Made by a program: the position numbers and the translations under genes. A DNA stretch of 64,000 nt from Synechococcus sp. Lineage in GTDB: Bacteria > Cyanobacteriota > Cyanobacteriia > PCC-6307 > Cyanobiaceae. The stretch spans positions 512,136 through 576,135 of the forward strand of contig JBJBDC010000001.1 in NCBI GenBank assembly GCA_047285535.1, in the 5' to 3' direction. This document shows, piece after piece, positions 41,459 through 52,636 of this stretch. The stretch's first letter is position 1; the number at the start of each line of letters is the position of its first letter. The notes below the pieces were generated by a model. The model made no database searches. It was not told the DNA's origin and was given only the letters and a program-made list of their open reading frames with translations.

Positions 41459-43820
41459 TCATGGATGAGACGTCCATGGATGAATTGTCTTGGTCTTCAT
41501 TAACCACTGTGACCACATCTAGGTCGATCTGATTACGCAGAACATCAACTTTGGTCACGCAGACCTTAACAGGATCTCCCAGTTTGTAAATGCGTCGGTT
41601 GCGTCGGCCCACAAGCCTATTTTGACGAGAACGGTATTCATACCAGTCGTCGTTTAAAGAGCTGACATGCACCAGGCCCTCTACCATTGATGGTGCAATT
41701 TCTACGAAGAACCCATAACTTTGAACTCCGCTGATCACACCTTGTTGCTCGTTATTGAGCATCGGCTGTGCACTTCTTGCTTGTGCCATTGAGATCACAT
41801 CTCTGCGCAGTTCCGCTTGCTGGCGACGACGAGAATTGAGGCGTTGAATATATCGTTTTTGAATAAGATCGTGCAATCTCTGATTTATGGACCCGCTAAA
41901 TAAGGGCCAAGTGATTCGTGATGCGGCACCTTTGCTACCCACACTTACAGTTTGTTTCTGACGCACACTGGGACGATCCTTGCCATCATTTAAAAGTTGA
42001 CATAACACTTGTTGATTCAACAAATCCGCATAATGGAGAGTTGGACAGCACCAAGGAGCTAGTAGTTGTGTCGATCCATCCTTAGCTAGCGGAATTTTCA
42101 GCTCGTGGTCGATGTCTAGATCAATCTCGTTCGTTTCGGTTGCTGAAGAGTCCTCCTCATTCGTGCTTGCCTGGTGGTTCTCCTTAGACTGAATCAGACG
42201 GTACTGAGGGTCTGGAAGAGTTTGTCGAAGCTGTAGATTCAGGACCCTTCTTGATGGGCTTCCGATCAAGGCTTGCGCTAGTTCTGAAGCCGAGGTTGTT
42301 CCCTCATCATCAAGAGGAATAGGTATATCCAAAGCAATCGCTGCTTTAGCGACATCGTTAAGCGCTCCACTTTCAGGATTGTTCGTGTGAATCACGAGAG
42401 CTGGAAGATTTAAATCCAAGCAATGTTGAGTCCATGTTTTGTGTGCTGCTCGCACAAAAACCGACAAAATGGAGAAAGGGTCCTCCTCCTTCAGAGGTTC
42501 GATCCATTGACCATTGCCCCCATCTGGTTCAGTTACGCGTAGATCTCCCAGCGAATCCAAGTCTGGTTCCGGAAGATCCAATTCGATCTTTCCATCTCTC
42601 AGATCAGCTCCGTGAAGAGCTTTGGCACAGAACAACAGTGTTTCTAGTTGTCCGATCTGTGCTTTGATTGGTTTAAGAGCTGCAGGTATGGCTCGAGAGC
42701 GGGGTTTACGACCAGCTAAAGCTGACATGGCCTCAGAACTCACTTCAGCAACTGGCTGAATCTGACTTAGGCAAAATTCCCAATCACGAGCTTCTCCATC
42801 AGCAGAGAAATCGATGCGAAGACTCACAGCAGCTTGTGATTCGTCAATTCTGAATGCTGATGCTTGGGAGAGATTGTCGCTCAGAAGGGGGATCCATTTA
42901 TTACCTAAACAAAGTGCTTCACTTTGTTGATACAGCCATTGGTCGAGACTGTTTCCTGGATTGACACGTTCAGCAATGGCAGGAGCATGAATCCATAACC
43001 GGGTTCCTCCTTCGTAGGGGATGACATGTATTGCTGGGAGGTGAGGAGCACCATCAATCGCCCAGTTGTTAAAAACTAAACAAGGTTGATCCGTAAGGTC
43101 TTTGCGTCTTTTGACCGAGGGAGCTTTAAGTGTGGTTCTTGGTGCACTAGCCCTGTTGTGTAAATGGGCCTTCGTAAGAAGAAGATCTCGATCAGCATCA
43201 ACTCCACCATTCAAAGGCAGCGATCGAACGACGTGACCGCGCGCTGGATGCTGAGCGATCGGGTATCGATCCAGTTCTACTTCCACAACTGATGTAGGAG
43301 CCCCTTCCTGCTGATATTGGCTGTCACTTTCATGTAATTCGATGGAAGCGAGAAGCCGATCATCTAGAGGAACCGCCAGCAATCGTTCATCCTGTTGTTC
43401 CACCTGAGCCAGAAGGCTTGTGGTCGCTCGTTCCAAAATGCATTGCACACCTCCCTCTGGAGAGCGACGGCGTCCAGCATCACGGAGGATTCTTACCAGT
43501 ACGCGGTCACCATTCCAAGCATGATTGAGCTGGTGATCGCGAATGTAAATATCTTCGCCACCATCATCACGAATGGCAAAACAGAATCCCTTGCTGCTGC
43601 AACGTAAACGTGCCTCAATGAATCCGATGTCATTGCTTCGGGTGATGGAACCTTCTTCTCCAAGACTCAGTACGCCAAGACGGTCAAGGCCTTTGAGAGC
43701 AATCTCGAGTGAATGCTTATCAGCTCGATTGCTTAATCGAAGAATTTTTTCAAGTTTGCTGATCTCAAGGGAAACGTCTTGAGGGACCTGGTCGAGAAGG
43801 TCGGCGACCGTGAATTTCAT
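41436..43820 (-). CDS. RNase R/II-family (RNB + S1) protein, Zam-like
   Basis: Cold-shock domain (KGFCFA...DIYI), RNB-like core, S1 domain (GVQSYGFFVE...EGLVHVSSL). Start taken at MKFTV. Confidence 0.85.
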   Translation of the reverse strand: MKFTVADLLDQVPQDVSLEISKLEKILRLSNRADKHSLEIALKGLDRLGVLSLGEEGSITRSNDIGFIEARLRCSSKGFCFAIRDDGGEDIYIRDHQLNHAWNGDRVLVRILRDAGRRRSPEGGVQCILERATTSLLAQVEQQDERLLAVPLDDRLLASIELHESDSQYQQEGAPTSVVEVELDRYPIAQHPARGHVVRSLPLNGGVDADRDLLLTKAHLHNRASAPRTTLKAPSVKRRKDLTDQPCLVFNNWAIDGAPHLPAIHVIPYEGGTRLWIHAPAIAERVNPGNSLDQWLYQQSEALCLGNKWIPLLSDNLSQASAFRIDESQAAVSLRIDFSADGEARDWEFCLSQIQPVAEVSSEAMSALAGRKPRSRAIPAALKPIKAQIGQLETLLFCAKALHGADLRDGKIELDLPEPDLDSLGDLRVTEPDGGNGQWIEPLKEEDPFSILSVFVRAAHKTWTQHCLDLNLPALVIHTNNPESGALNDVAKAAIALDIPIPLDDEGTTSASELAQALIGSPSRRVLNLQLRQTLPDPQYRLIQSKENHQASTNEEDSSATETNEIDLDIDHELKIPLAKDGSTQLLAPWCCPTLHYADLLNQQVLCQLLNDGKDRPSVRQKQTVSVGSKGAASRITWPLFSGSINQRLHDLIQKRYIQRLNSRRRQQAELRRDVISMAQARSAQPMLNNEQQGVISGVQSYGFFVEIAPSMVEGLVHVSSLNDDWYEYRSRQNRLVGRRNRRIYKLGDPVKVCVTKVDVLRNQIDLDVVTVVNEDQDNSSMDVSSMNVASSED

Positions 43821-43947
43821 CGGAGTGTGAATGAAACCGGCCTTCAGGACCGGGAGTTGAGACAAAAAAGTCGCACTTGAAGAGTTGGTAGTGCAAACAG
43901 TGATTGAAGCACTAACTCTAATGGCCCGACAGGGATCATCATTCGTG

Positions 43948-44253
43948 CTACTCCTCAGTCTGTGTTGATCCTTGTCCGGTTTGCAGCATCGGCATCAAAA
44001 GGCGACCTCCGATGACCAGAAATCCAGTGGAGGCCAAGAGTTGTAACCACTCAGCTGGAATTACTGCAGATAAGGATCCTCCAGCTAAAGCACCAATCAG
44101 GCTGGCCAGTACCAAAGCGGTCGAGGATCCGAGAAACACAGCTAAAGGACGATTGGAGGTGCCGCTGATAGCCACAGTTGCTAACTGGGTTTTATCCCCG
44201 AGCTCAGCCAAAAAAACAGTCGCAAAGGTGGAGAGGAGAAGGGTGAAATCCAT
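43948..44253 (-). CDS. TMEM165/GDT1 (UPF0016) half-transporter
   Basis: FLAELGDKTQ motif, three TM helices. Confidence 0.88.
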   Translation of the reverse strand: MDFTLLLSTFATVFLAELGDKTQLATVAISGTSNRPLAVFLGSSTALVLASLIGALAGGSLSAVIPAEWLQLLASTGFLVIGGRLLMPMLQTGQGSTQTEE

Positions 44254-44260
44254 GACGTCC

Positions 44261-44590
44261 TCAGAATGACTGCGTCTCAAGAAGTGACTTCAAGGCCTGG
44301 CTACCCAGCCATAGTCCCAAGCCCACCATAAGAACCCCTGCCATTTGTTCCAGCCGTTCAGGAGCGAGGATGGTAGAGAGCCAACGTCCAACCAGCACAC
44401 CAACGAGGCTTGAACAGATCAAGGCCATGGCGGCTCCTATAAAAACCAACCATGGTTCACCTGATTGAGCTGAAAGCAGAAGAGTTGCCAGTTGGGTTTT
44501 GTCTCCCAGTTCGGCAAGGAAAACCGTTGTAAAAGTGCTCAAGAGAACAGCGTTAAATCCAAGTTTGCCTTTGCTTTCTTCTTCAGCCAT
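44261..44590 (-). CDS. TMEM165/GDT1 (UPF0016) half-transporter
   Basis: FLAELGDKTQ motif, three TM helices. Confidence 0.88.
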   Translation of the reverse strand: MAEEESKGKLGFNAVLLSTFTTVFLAELGDKTQLATLLLSAQSGEPWLVFIGAAMALICSSLVGVLVGRWLSTILAPERLEQMAGVLMVGLGLWLGSQALKSLLETQSF

Positions 44591-44955
44591 CAGGAATCCT
44601 GTGACGAACGAATCAATCGCTCGAACCTACGTAGTTCGAGACTTCTTCCACCATGGACTGATCTGATGTGATCTCGGCAACATCCAATCGCGAATGCATC
44701 AAAATCTTCGCTGTCTACATGAAATAAATCCGGAAGTGCACTAACGCGACAGAAGTCTGGTCGGTGGTCATAAATCCGGCAACGACGCCCTCCACGATCA
44801 AAATGTTGGCACCATCCGTCCTCTCCAACCATCTCCAGGTAGAGGGTTTGTTGATCTGGATTCAGCGCTTCCAGGGCTTCCTGTCGTTCAGCTGGAGCAA
44901 GTCTGCAACAGGCACCACATTGACTCAGGCATGACCAATGAAGTTGACGGCTCAT
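44590..44955 (-). CDS. YkgJ-family cysteine cluster protein
   Basis: CxxxCGACC, GWC, CRIYDHRPDFCR. Confidence 0.85.
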   Translation of the reverse strand: MSRQLHWSCLSQCGACCRLAPAERQEALEALNPDQQTLYLEMVGEDGWCQHFDRGGRRCRIYDHRPDFCRVSALPDLFHVDSEDFDAFAIGCCRDHIRSVHGGRSLELRRFERLIRSSQDS

Positions 44956-45074
44956 GGGATTAATTCACGATGCGCTGTGACAACGCATCACAGAGATGAC
45001 TGCCGTTGAGGGGAATGAGGTTGAACGTCTCGTAACCTCTTTGAGGCATTATGCTGATCAACTGCTTTCGTTCC

Positions 45075-45182
45075 ATGGGATTTGATATCCACCTGATCGC
45101 CAATTTTGGAGCTCTTGCTCTGATAACGCTTGCTGGCCCTGCAGTGATCTTCATTCTCTTTTATCGACGCGGCGCTCTTTGA
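45075..45182 (+). CDS. psb30: Photosystem II protein Psb30 (Ycf12); absent from the ORF track
   Basis: Manual translation [35 protein letters not shown], with the AGP motif and RRGAL end. Confidence 0.9.
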   Translation: MGFDIHLIANFGALALITLAGPAVIFILFYRRGAL

Positions 45183-46549
45183 AGTTTTGCGAGTGCGTGA
45201 TACACCGGCGTTTGGCAGACCAGGCGGCCGGTGTAGGCCGCAATCACAGCAGTGAGACAAGCACCTGCAAATAATTCTTGATCGCCAACAAGGCGCCAAG
45301 AAAAAATAAGTGAAACAAGCGGTAGCTGTGTGGCTCCAGCGAGTCCTGCAGCCAGCCCGAGGCCGATTCCGATTTGAGTGCTGAACCCGATGACGGCACA
45401 GATTGTGTATCCAAGAACGGCCCCAAACGTTAGAGATGGATCGATGAGGCCACCAGGTACTCCAGGAGCAAGGGCGAGCATTGGGCCGATGACACGCACA
45501 ACGGTGATCCAAATGCTCATGAGACCAGAGTTGAGTTCATTGTGTTCAGAACCGAGTTGGGGCAATCCTTGCTCGAGCAGCTGTTTGATCAGTGCTTCTC
45601 CATCTGCAGTACTGGTTCCCCAGCTGAGCAAAGCCAGCAGGCTTAACCCTGCGCCAAGACAGAGGCCTGTGCGCAGAGGTCGTTGGCGAACCATTGGTGC
45701 TAAACGTGATGTGCACCAGACCAATCCACGGTTAAAAAATCCACCCACGAGTCCTGCGGCAATTCCGATCGGGATTGCTAATAGAAGTTGCTCTTTCTCT
45801 GGAGCGAACACATTGATCAGTCCTAATCCGAAGATAGGTTGACCTCCAAGATTTGAGAATCCAGCTGCTGCAACACACACCACTAGAGCTGGCCAGATTG
45901 TCACTATTGAATATTCAGCTGTGAGCTCCTCAATCATGAACACAACCCCAAGAAGAGGTGTGTTAAATCCTCCGGCTAATCCTGCTCCACCGCCGATAGC
46001 GACCATTTGTCGTTCGGTGAGAGATGGCATCCAATTGCCCCATCGCTTTTGAGAAGCCCTTGCCACTGCAGCACCGAATTCAACCACTGGCCCTTCTCGT
46101 CCAAGAGGGAACATTGCAGTTGTTGCGATAGACCAAAGCACTCCACGTTGCACAGTGCTGGTGGCATCCATTGCCTCTGGCATTAACGATGAATCCTCCA
46201 GAGCATTCATCGTTGAGGGGATTCCCGATCCAGATCCTGCACGCCATGGCCCCCTTTGAAGAATCAAAAGGACAGGCATCACCACTAATGGGGAAAGAGC
46301 AATGAGTAGGCCAGTAACGGTCCAACTGGTTTGACCATTCGTTGGTAAAAAGCCAAAAAGCCTCTCTTGAATTCGATCGACGAGATTCAGCGGTAAGCAG
46401 GCCAGGCCAATCAACACACCGACAACAAGTAAGCCAATAAAATGGCGGACCTGTCTTGTCAGCTCGTTGAGCTTGGTTGAGAGATTGAAGTTCTGCAGGA
46501 ATTTGTTTTGGTTATCTAGGGTCATGGAATGAGACCGAGACCAATGCAA
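45161..46549 (-). CDS. ClC-family chloride channel/antiporter
   Basis: GSGIP, GREGP, GGFNTPL, PGG motifs. Confidence 0.9.
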   Translation of the reverse strand: MHWSRSHSMTLDNQNKFLQNFNLSTKLNELTRQVRHFIGLLVVGVLIGLACLPLNLVDRIQERLFGFLPTNGQTSWTVTGLLIALSPLVVMPVLLILQRGPWRAGSGSGIPSTMNALEDSSLMPEAMDATSTVQRGVLWSIATTAMFPLGREGPVVEFGAAVARASQKRWGNWMPSLTERQMVAIGGGAGLAGGFNTPLLGVVFMIEELTAEYSIVTIWPALVVCVAAAGFSNLGGQPIFGLGLINVFAPEKEQLLLAIPIGIAAGLVGGFFNRGLVWCTSRLAPMVRQRPLRTGLCLGAGLSLLALLSWGTSTADGEALIKQLLEQGLPQLGSEHNELNSGLMSIWITVVRVIGPMLALAPGVPGGLIDPSLTFGAVLGYTICAVIGFSTQIGIGLGLAAGLAGATQLPLVSLIFSWRLVGDQELFAGACLTAVIAAYTGRLVCQTPVYHALAKLQRAPRR

Positions 46550-48417
46550 GCGTCGCGAATGAGCTCAGCAACATAAGGGTGCCTTGCCCTGTTGTCTTCA
46601 CTTTGGACGACCCCCTGACGGTTGACACTTCCAGACAGGCTTTCGCCAGATGGGTTAGAGATTTCGACTGCGTTTCCCTCCTGCCGACGACAGCGGTAGA
46701 TCCCTTTGCTGCGGTGAAGATCAAGGGTGGCATGGTGTTCTCGAAGCGCCTGAATCTCGAGTTGCAATGTCTCCTCCCCTTGCCATCGATTGATATTGAT
46801 CCGAAAAGCAACATCCACAATTTGGGGCAAAGGTGTGTTCTGTTGCCATCTCCAAGCGATGGCTTCACGCTCAAAGTTGCCTTGAACAAGGGTGAGTTTC
46901 AGATGCCCGCCACGCAAGAATCGTTTTGATGCCACTTCACAGCCTCTTGACCAAAACAGCGGTGCAGGATGACCGACACCAAATGGCTCTAATGAGAGCA
47001 ATGCAGACCAGAGTTCGTGATCAATTCCTGAAAGAGCCAGAAGTGCTTCAGGTTCAACCCAAATTCCTTCTCCGCGATCTTGGATCCAACTCTGTGCCAT
47101 TGCATTGAGAGCATCATGTAGACGGTGAACTTGGTCTGCCCTCACCGTGAATCCACCCGCTGCGGGATGGCCACCATGTCTCTCGAGCAGGGTTGTGCAA
47201 TGGTCCAGGGCCTTGTCTACAGCAAATCCTTCTGGTGCACGCACTGAAGCACGCATCAGTCCTCCTCCATCAGCGGCCAATAATGCAGTCGGTCTTTGAA
47301 ATTTCTCCATAAGGCGTGCTGCGACGATGCCGATCACACCGTGATGCCAATGTCCTTGTGCAAGCAACAGAAACGGTGGCATGGGTTCATGGTCGGACTC
47401 CAATAAAGCAAGGGCTTCTGCCTCAATGGCATCACACAGTTCTCGGCGTTGTCGGTTGAGACTGTCGCATTTTCGCCCAAGCTCAATAGCGCAGTTTTGA
47501 TCGTCCTCCGTTAACAAATCCACTACCAACTGGGGATCGCCGATCCTGCCAACTGCGTTAAGTCTCGGGGCCAATTGAAAACCGATGTCATCAGACCGAA
47601 GAGGCCGATCACCTAGTCCTGCGAGTTGCTGAAGAGCACGAACTCCCGGGCAGTCGCTTTGATGCAAATGCAGTAGTCCTTCTCTCAAAAGGGTCCTGTT
47701 TGCCCCCGTGAGCGGTGCCATATCTGCGACCGTGCCAATGCAAAACAAATCTCGTGCACTCTTAATGGCCGTTGGTTGGTTCATCAGCACTGCGAGTTCG
47801 CTGGCGAGCACATAGGCCAGTCCAACCCCGGCAAGACTTCGATAGGGAGAGTTCTGCGGTGTTGTGGCTGGATGAATTAAAGCAAGAGCTTTTGGGCGTG
47901 TCTCCGGGAGCGTGTGGTGATCGGTAAGGACTACCTCTATACCCAAAACTTCTGCTCGATTAAGCGCCTCATGCGCTGCCACTCCGTTATCGACGGTCAC
48001 GATGAGGCGGACACCTAAACGATGGAGCTCATTCACCATGGAGCAATTCAATCCATAGCCATCAGCCATACGACTTGGGATTGCTGCCTGTGGTTCCGCT
48101 CCAAGGCTGCGCAAAGTTCTCAGTAACAGCGCAGTGCTGGTCATTCCATCGGCGTCATAGTCGCCGCAGATGGCAAGGTTCTCCCTGCTTAAACAGGCTT
48201 GACTCAATCTTTGAACGGCCTTTTTCAACTCCGGGAAGTGATCCTCTGGCTTAGGGAGCGGCGGATCATGAAGAAGGGCATGGACTTGATCTGGTGTCGT
48301 GAATCCACGACGCAAGAGCAAGGCTCGCAAGGATTCTGGGAGTCGAACCGTATCCAAGGCAGTGGTGTCAACGCCCTTTGGCAGTTGCCATTGCTGAAAG
48401 GGAAAGGCACTCGGCAA
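46522..48417 (-). CDS. recJ: ssDNA-specific exonuclease RecJ
   Basis: GDYDADG, TVDNG, TDHH, GTVAD, PRLNAVGR, GGHPAAGG, LEPFG. Confidence 0.95.
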   Translation of the reverse strand: MPSAFPFQQWQLPKGVDTTALDTVRLPESLRALLLRRGFTTPDQVHALLHDPPLPKPEDHFPELKKAVQRLSQACLSRENLAICGDYDADGMTSTALLLRTLRSLGAEPQAAIPSRMADGYGLNCSMVNELHRLGVRLIVTVDNGVAAHEALNRAEVLGIEVVLTDHHTLPETRPKALALIHPATTPQNSPYRSLAGVGLAYVLASELAVLMNQPTAIKSARDLFCIGTVADMAPLTGANRTLLREGLLHLHQSDCPGVRALQQLAGLGDRPLRSDDIGFQLAPRLNAVGRIGDPQLVVDLLTEDDQNCAIELGRKCDSLNRQRRELCDAIEAEALALLESDHEPMPPFLLLAQGHWHHGVIGIVAARLMEKFQRPTALLAADGGGLMRASVRAPEGFAVDKALDHCTTLLERHGGHPAAGGFTVRADQVHRLHDALNAMAQSWIQDRGEGIWVEPEALLALSGIDHELWSALLSLEPFGVGHPAPLFWSRGCEVASKRFLRGGHLKLTLVQGNFEREAIAWRWQQNTPLPQIVDVAFRININRWQGEETLQLEIQALREHHATLDLHRSKGIYRCRRQEGNAVEISNPSGESLSGSVNRQGVVQSEDNRARHPYVAELIRDACIGLGLIP

Positions 48418-48485
48418 CTGGCATGTGCATGATGACTCTGCATTGTGCTCTGTCCTTCAATCTGTTGCCTGAATTGCAGGAGCTC

Positions 48486-49256
48486 ATGTCTGGCTTGAAG
48501 ACCGTTTTCTGGGATGTGGATGGCACCCTTGCAGACACTGAAATGCAAGGCCATCGACCAGCCTTTAACCGTGCATTTGTTGAGCAGGGCCTGGATTGGA
48601 ACTGGGACAGTGCAACCTACATGCGTTTGCTGAAGATTCCTGGAGGTCTCCTTCGCATGAAAACCTATGCGGAACAGCGTGGTGAATTATTGAGTGATGA
48701 CCAGTTGAAAGTGTTGCGATTATCAAAACAAAATCATTATCTGAAAGAGGTGCGTTCAGGAAATGTGTCTCTGCGGCCCGGTGTCCTACGACTTCTTCGG
48801 GAACTTCAGACGTGCTCCATTTCACAATGGATTGTGACGAGCAGTGGAAGCCCTTCTGTATCTGCTTTGCTGGAAACCATATTTCCAGGAGACGACCATC
48901 CGTTCGATGGTGTCCTTAGTGCTGATGATGTAGATCGGCACAAACCTCACCCTGAGCCTTACTTGCAGGCACTTCAACGCAGCCACACCAATCCGGATGC
49001 TGCGTTGGTATTTGAAGATTCAGCTCCGGGTCTTCAATCAGCAGTGGAAGCAGGTTTGAGATGCATCCTCATGCCTTCCCCATGGGATAAAGACCTTCAG
49101 CGCTATCAACATCACGCCGTGGCGGCCATCGATCATCTTGGAAATGCTCACAATCCCTGCACTGTGATCAGCGGACCCCCTTGTCTGGATGGCTATGTCA
49201 CGTTGGAGTATTTGCAGAAGCTTCTCGTTCTCCCAAAACGATGTCGACACATCTGA
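48486..49256 (+). CDS. HAD-IA hydrolase, CbbY-like
   Basis: WDVDGTLADTE, HRPAFN, KPHPEPY, FEDS. Confidence 0.85.
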   Translation: MSGLKTVFWDVDGTLADTEMQGHRPAFNRAFVEQGLDWNWDSATYMRLLKIPGGLLRMKTYAEQRGELLSDDQLKVLRLSKQNHYLKEVRSGNVSLRPGVLRLLRELQTCSISQWIVTSSGSPSVSALLETIFPGDDHPFDGVLSADDVDRHKPHPEPYLQALQRSHTNPDAALVFEDSAPGLQSAVEAGLRCILMPSPWDKDLQRYQHHAVAAIDHLGNAHNPCTVISGPPCLDGYVTLEYLQKLLVLPKRCRHI

Positions 49257-49576
49257 CTCGGTATGAACAGGTTCAACGAAAGATTGGTCTTCAGCTCACA
49301 AGAGCATTTATGGGCTCTTGGCGCCGACGCAGCTTGGGAGTTCTTGCCTTATTGCTGGGATTTATTCTCGGCAGCAATTTTACTATGTATTGGTTTCAAA
49401 GAGTTGGACAGCGCCCCGTGGTTGTCCTCTCCATGGTTGCGATTATTGAGTTGCTGGTCAGGGCTAGGTCCTACGTCAAGCGAGAACCTTGGCCGCTAGG
49501 GTGGCTTGCAATTGACAACATTCGCATAGGGGCGGTCTATGCCGTAGTGATTGAGGCTTTCAAGCTTGGCTCCTGA
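49241..49576 (+). CDS. ycf20: Ycf20 / DUF565 family protein
   Basis: WRRRS...LLLGF; C-terminal RIG...EAFKLGS. Confidence 0.85.
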   Translation: MSTHLTRYEQVQRKIGLQLTRAFMGSWRRRSLGVLALLLGFILGSNFTMYWFQRVGQRPVVVLSMVAIIELLVRARSYVKREPWPLGWLAIDNIRIGAVYAVVIEAFKLGS

Positions 49577-50507
49577 GATACATCCAAAAAAACTCAAAGG
49601 TTTGTCTTTATTGTTGGACACTTTTGGTTGGTCCGATCCAGATCGCTGGTTCAATCATTGGCAGCAGCGCGGTGGTTTAGAGATTGGTCGATGCCTCTGG
49701 CCCTCAGACATTCGCGATGACTGGCTGTATGGCGTTGCCTTCCCATTGCTCTCACAGGTTGAAACCCTTTTAAAGCAGCATGGACGCCATTTGTTAGGTC
49801 TCAGTGCTCTCCCTGGATGTGGAAAAACGACACTTTGCGATTGGATTGTCTTAGCGAGCAAGACTCTCGGATGGTCGGTCGCGTCCCTTTCCATTGATGA
49901 TTTTTATTGGCCAGGTGAGGAACTAGCTCGACGTATGGCTGGAAACCCATGGGGTGTGCCGAGGGCGCTGCCTGGAAGTCACGATTTGAAGTTGATGGCA
50001 CTTGCGCTCGATCAATGGAGGCAAACAGGAGAACTTATTGCACCCCGATTTGACAAATCCCTTCGTCAAGGTAAAGGCGATCGCAGTGGTTGGGTACGAT
50101 CGACACCTGATTTAGTCATTTTGGAAGGCTGGTTTGTTGGAGCAGTTATCTCCGACGAAGCTCCTTCCCCTCAGCTTCTTGATTTGCATCATCTAACAAG
50201 TGATGAGCTTGCTTTTCGCACAGACTTGATTCAAATATTGCCTACCTATAGTTCGATCTGGAATCGGATCGATAGGCTTTGGCACCTCAGAGCGGAGCGC
50301 AACTCATCAAGCCGACTTTGGAAGCACCAACAGATGGACACTCAGAAGAAGCGAACCGGGGTTCAACTACCAAAATCCGACTTGAAGAATTTCGTCCGGA
50401 TGATCGAAACTGCAATCCCAGCGCCTTGGTTGCAGGATTTGAATCAAGCTGACGTTGTGATTGATCTCACAAAAGAAAGGGTTGTAGGGGAGATTCGTGT
50501 CAAATGA
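49551..50507 (+). CDS. P-loop kinase, glycerate-kinase/uridine-kinase-like
   Basis: PGCGKTT, SIDDFY, PGSHD, PRFDKSL, LEGW. Start uncertain. Confidence 0.75.
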   Translation: MRLSSLAPEIHPKKLKGLSLLLDTFGWSDPDRWFNHWQQRGGLEIGRCLWPSDIRDDWLYGVAFPLLSQVETLLKQHGRHLLGLSALPGCGKTTLCDWIVLASKTLGWSVASLSIDDFYWPGEELARRMAGNPWGVPRALPGSHDLKLMALALDQWRQTGELIAPRFDKSLRQGKGDRSGWVRSTPDLVILEGWFVGAVISDEAPSPQLLDLHHLTSDELAFRTDLIQILPTYSSIWNRIDRLWHLRAERNSSSRLWKHQQMDTQKKRTGVQLPKSDLKNFVRMIETAIPAPWLQDLNQADVVIDLTKERVVGEIRVK

Positions 50508-50509
50508 GC

Positions 50510-50686
50510 TCAGCTCTCGCTGTCATCAGATTCATCAACTGGATAAACGAAGCCTTGAGCCCTTCCACTCAAAACAGACTTTCCAATGGACATGGCCCGT
50601 TGAGCGGCTGAGGCAGCTTTGGCCTTCCAAACAGCGTGACGTTGATTGCGCTTGCTCTTAGAGGTTTTCTTCTTCGGGACAGCCAT
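50510..50686 (-). CDS. rpmF: 50S ribosomal protein L32; absent from the ORF track
   Basis: Manual translation [58 protein letters not shown]. Confidence 0.95.
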   Translation of the reverse strand: MAVPKKKTSKSKRNQRHAVWKAKAASAAQRAMSIGKSVLSGRAQGFVYPVDESDDSES

Positions 50687-50773
50687 TGCAACCAGTACTC
50701 AACCAAACGCCCATGATCTACTTTTGAGAGTCCGCCCGTCAAATCGCTACTCTTAATACATCGCAGGAACGGT

Positions 50774-52636
50774 GTGAGTTCAGGTCCGGCAGATCGTGAA
50801 AACCTCGTCTCCCAGGCATCTGGGAACGATTCTAAGGACAGGCTTTTCAGTCCCTTCGCTCGGTTCAAGTCGGATCCACCGCCGAGTTACAGCGAGTTGT
50901 TGACTCAAATTTCAGGTGGAAAAGTCAAGGATTTGCAGTTGGTTCCTGGCCGGCGAGAGGTCATTGTTGAGTACGAAGATGGAAGTAAAACATCTGTTTC
51001 AACTCTGGCCAATGATCAATTGATTTTGCGTACGGCCGAAGCTGCTGGGGTACCGCTGACGGTCAAAGATGTTCGTCAGGAAGAAGCCTTAGCAGGCTTA
51101 GCAGGAAATCTTGCCCTGATCGCGTTGATCGTGATCGGTCTCTCATTTCTTCTCCGACGATCGGCCCAGGTTGCCAACAAAGCGATGGGCTTTGGACGTA
51201 CCAAAGCGCGGATCCGCCCCGAAGACGAAATATCGGTTCGATTCGAGGATGTGGCAGGGATCAGCGAAGCTAAGGAAGAACTTCAAGAGGTCGTGACATT
51301 CCTAAAACAGCCAGAAAGCTTTATTCGTCTTGGAGCGCGCATTCCACGAGGTGTTCTATTGGTAGGCCCTCCTGGAACAGGAAAAACTCTTCTTGCTAAG
51401 GCCATAGCGGGAGAGGCTGGAGTCCCTTTTTTCTCTATTGCAGCCTCTGAGTTTGTAGAACTCTTTGTTGGTGTAGGTGCTAGTCGCGTTCGTGATTTGT
51501 TTCGCAAAGCAAAAGAGAAATCCCCTTGCATCATTTTCATCGATGAAATTGATGCCGTTGGCCGTCAACGTGGAGCAGGAATCGGGGGCGGAAATGATGA
51601 AAGAGAGCAGACGCTGAACCAACTGCTGACAGAAATGGATGGTTTTGCAGATAATTCTGGTGTCATTCTTCTTGCAGCAACCAACAGGGCTGATGTGTTG
51701 GATACGGCCTTGATGAGACCAGGTCGTTTTGATCGACGCATTCATGTCGATCTCCCCGATCGTAAAGGTCGTGAGGCAATCCTCTCAGTCCATGCCCGTA
51801 GTCGTCCGCTTTCAGATGAAGTGTCTCTTGAAGATTGGGCTCTTCGGACTCCAGGTTTCTCTGGTGCAGACCTGGCCAATCTCATCAATGAAGCGGCCAT
51901 CCTTACCGCTCGAAATGAGCGCTCATTTTTAGGTAATACGGAACTAGAAGCAGCCCTAGAACGCATCACCATGGGATTATCTGCGTCTCCCCTGCAAGAC
52001 AGCGCGAAAAAACGTTTAATCGCTTATCACGAAGTAGGACATGCCTTGGTTGCTGCTCATACTGCTCACGCGGATCCTGTTGATAAGGTGACGTTGCTCC
52101 CACGTAGTGGAGGAGTGGGTGGATTTACTCGTTTCTTTCCAGATGAGGAAGTGATTGATTCCGGCCTTGTGAGCAAGGCCTACCTGAGGGCCCGTCTTGT
52201 CATGGCGCTTGGTGGGCGGGCCGCAGAAATGGTGGTGTTCGGGCCTGGTGAAATCACGCAGGGCGCTAGTGGAGACCTGCAGATGGTGTCTCATCTCGCT
52301 AGAGAAATGGTGACTCGCTTTGGTTTCTCTTCCTTGGGTCCCGTTGCACTGGAAGGTGGAGATCAGGAGGTGTTTCTTGGCAGAGATTTGGTTCATACGC
52401 GCCCTTCATATGCTGAAAGTACAGGTAAAGCAATAGATCACTGTGTTCGCCAATTGGCTACACAAGCTCTTCAGGAGGCAATCATGTTGTTGGAACCTCG
52501 TCGAGAAGTCATGGATCTTCTTGTTGAGGCTTTGATTTCTGATGAAACGCTCCCAAGTGAGCGCTTCTATGAATTGGCTGGTCTTGACCACCCGAACAAA
52601 AAAGCCGCTCTTGCACAAGAGGCTGCCAAGACTTGA
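50774..52636 (+). CDS. ftsH: ATP-dependent zinc metalloprotease FtsH
   Basis: [28 protein letters not shown]. Confidence 0.95.
   Translation: MSSGPADRENLVSQASGNDSKDRLFSPFARFKSDPPPSYSELLTQISGGKVKDLQLVPGRREVIVEYEDGSKTSVSTLANDQLILRTAEAAGVPLTVKDVRQEEALAGLAGNLALIALIVIGLSFLLRRSAQVANKAMGFGRTKARIRPEDEISVRFEDVAGISEAKEELQEVVTFLKQPESFIRLGARIPRGVLLVGPPGTGKTLLAKAIAGEAGVPFFSIAASEFVELFVGVGASRVRDLFRKAKEKSPCIIFIDEIDAVGRQRGAGIGGGNDEREQTLNQLLTEMDGFADNSGVILLAATNRADVLDTALMRPGRFDRRIHVDLPDRKGREAILSVHARSRPLSDEVSLEDWALRTPGFSGADLANLINEAAILTARNERSFLGNTELEAALERITMGLSASPLQDSAKKRLIAYHEVGHALVAAHTAHADPVDKVTLLPRSGGVGGFTRFFPDEEVIDSGLVSKAYLRARLVMALGGRAAEMVVFGPGEITQGASGDLQMVSHLAREMVTRFGFSSLGPVALEGGDQEVFLGRDLVHTRPSYAESTGKAIDHCVRQLATQALQEAIMLLEPRREVMDLLVEALISDETLPSERFYELAGLDHPNKKAALAQEAAKT

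Noticed and set aside
50569..50868. 99-aa ORF from the track, and the many other short antisense ORFs
   Set aside because: These are shadow frames overlapping well-supported genes (here rpmF and ftsH).
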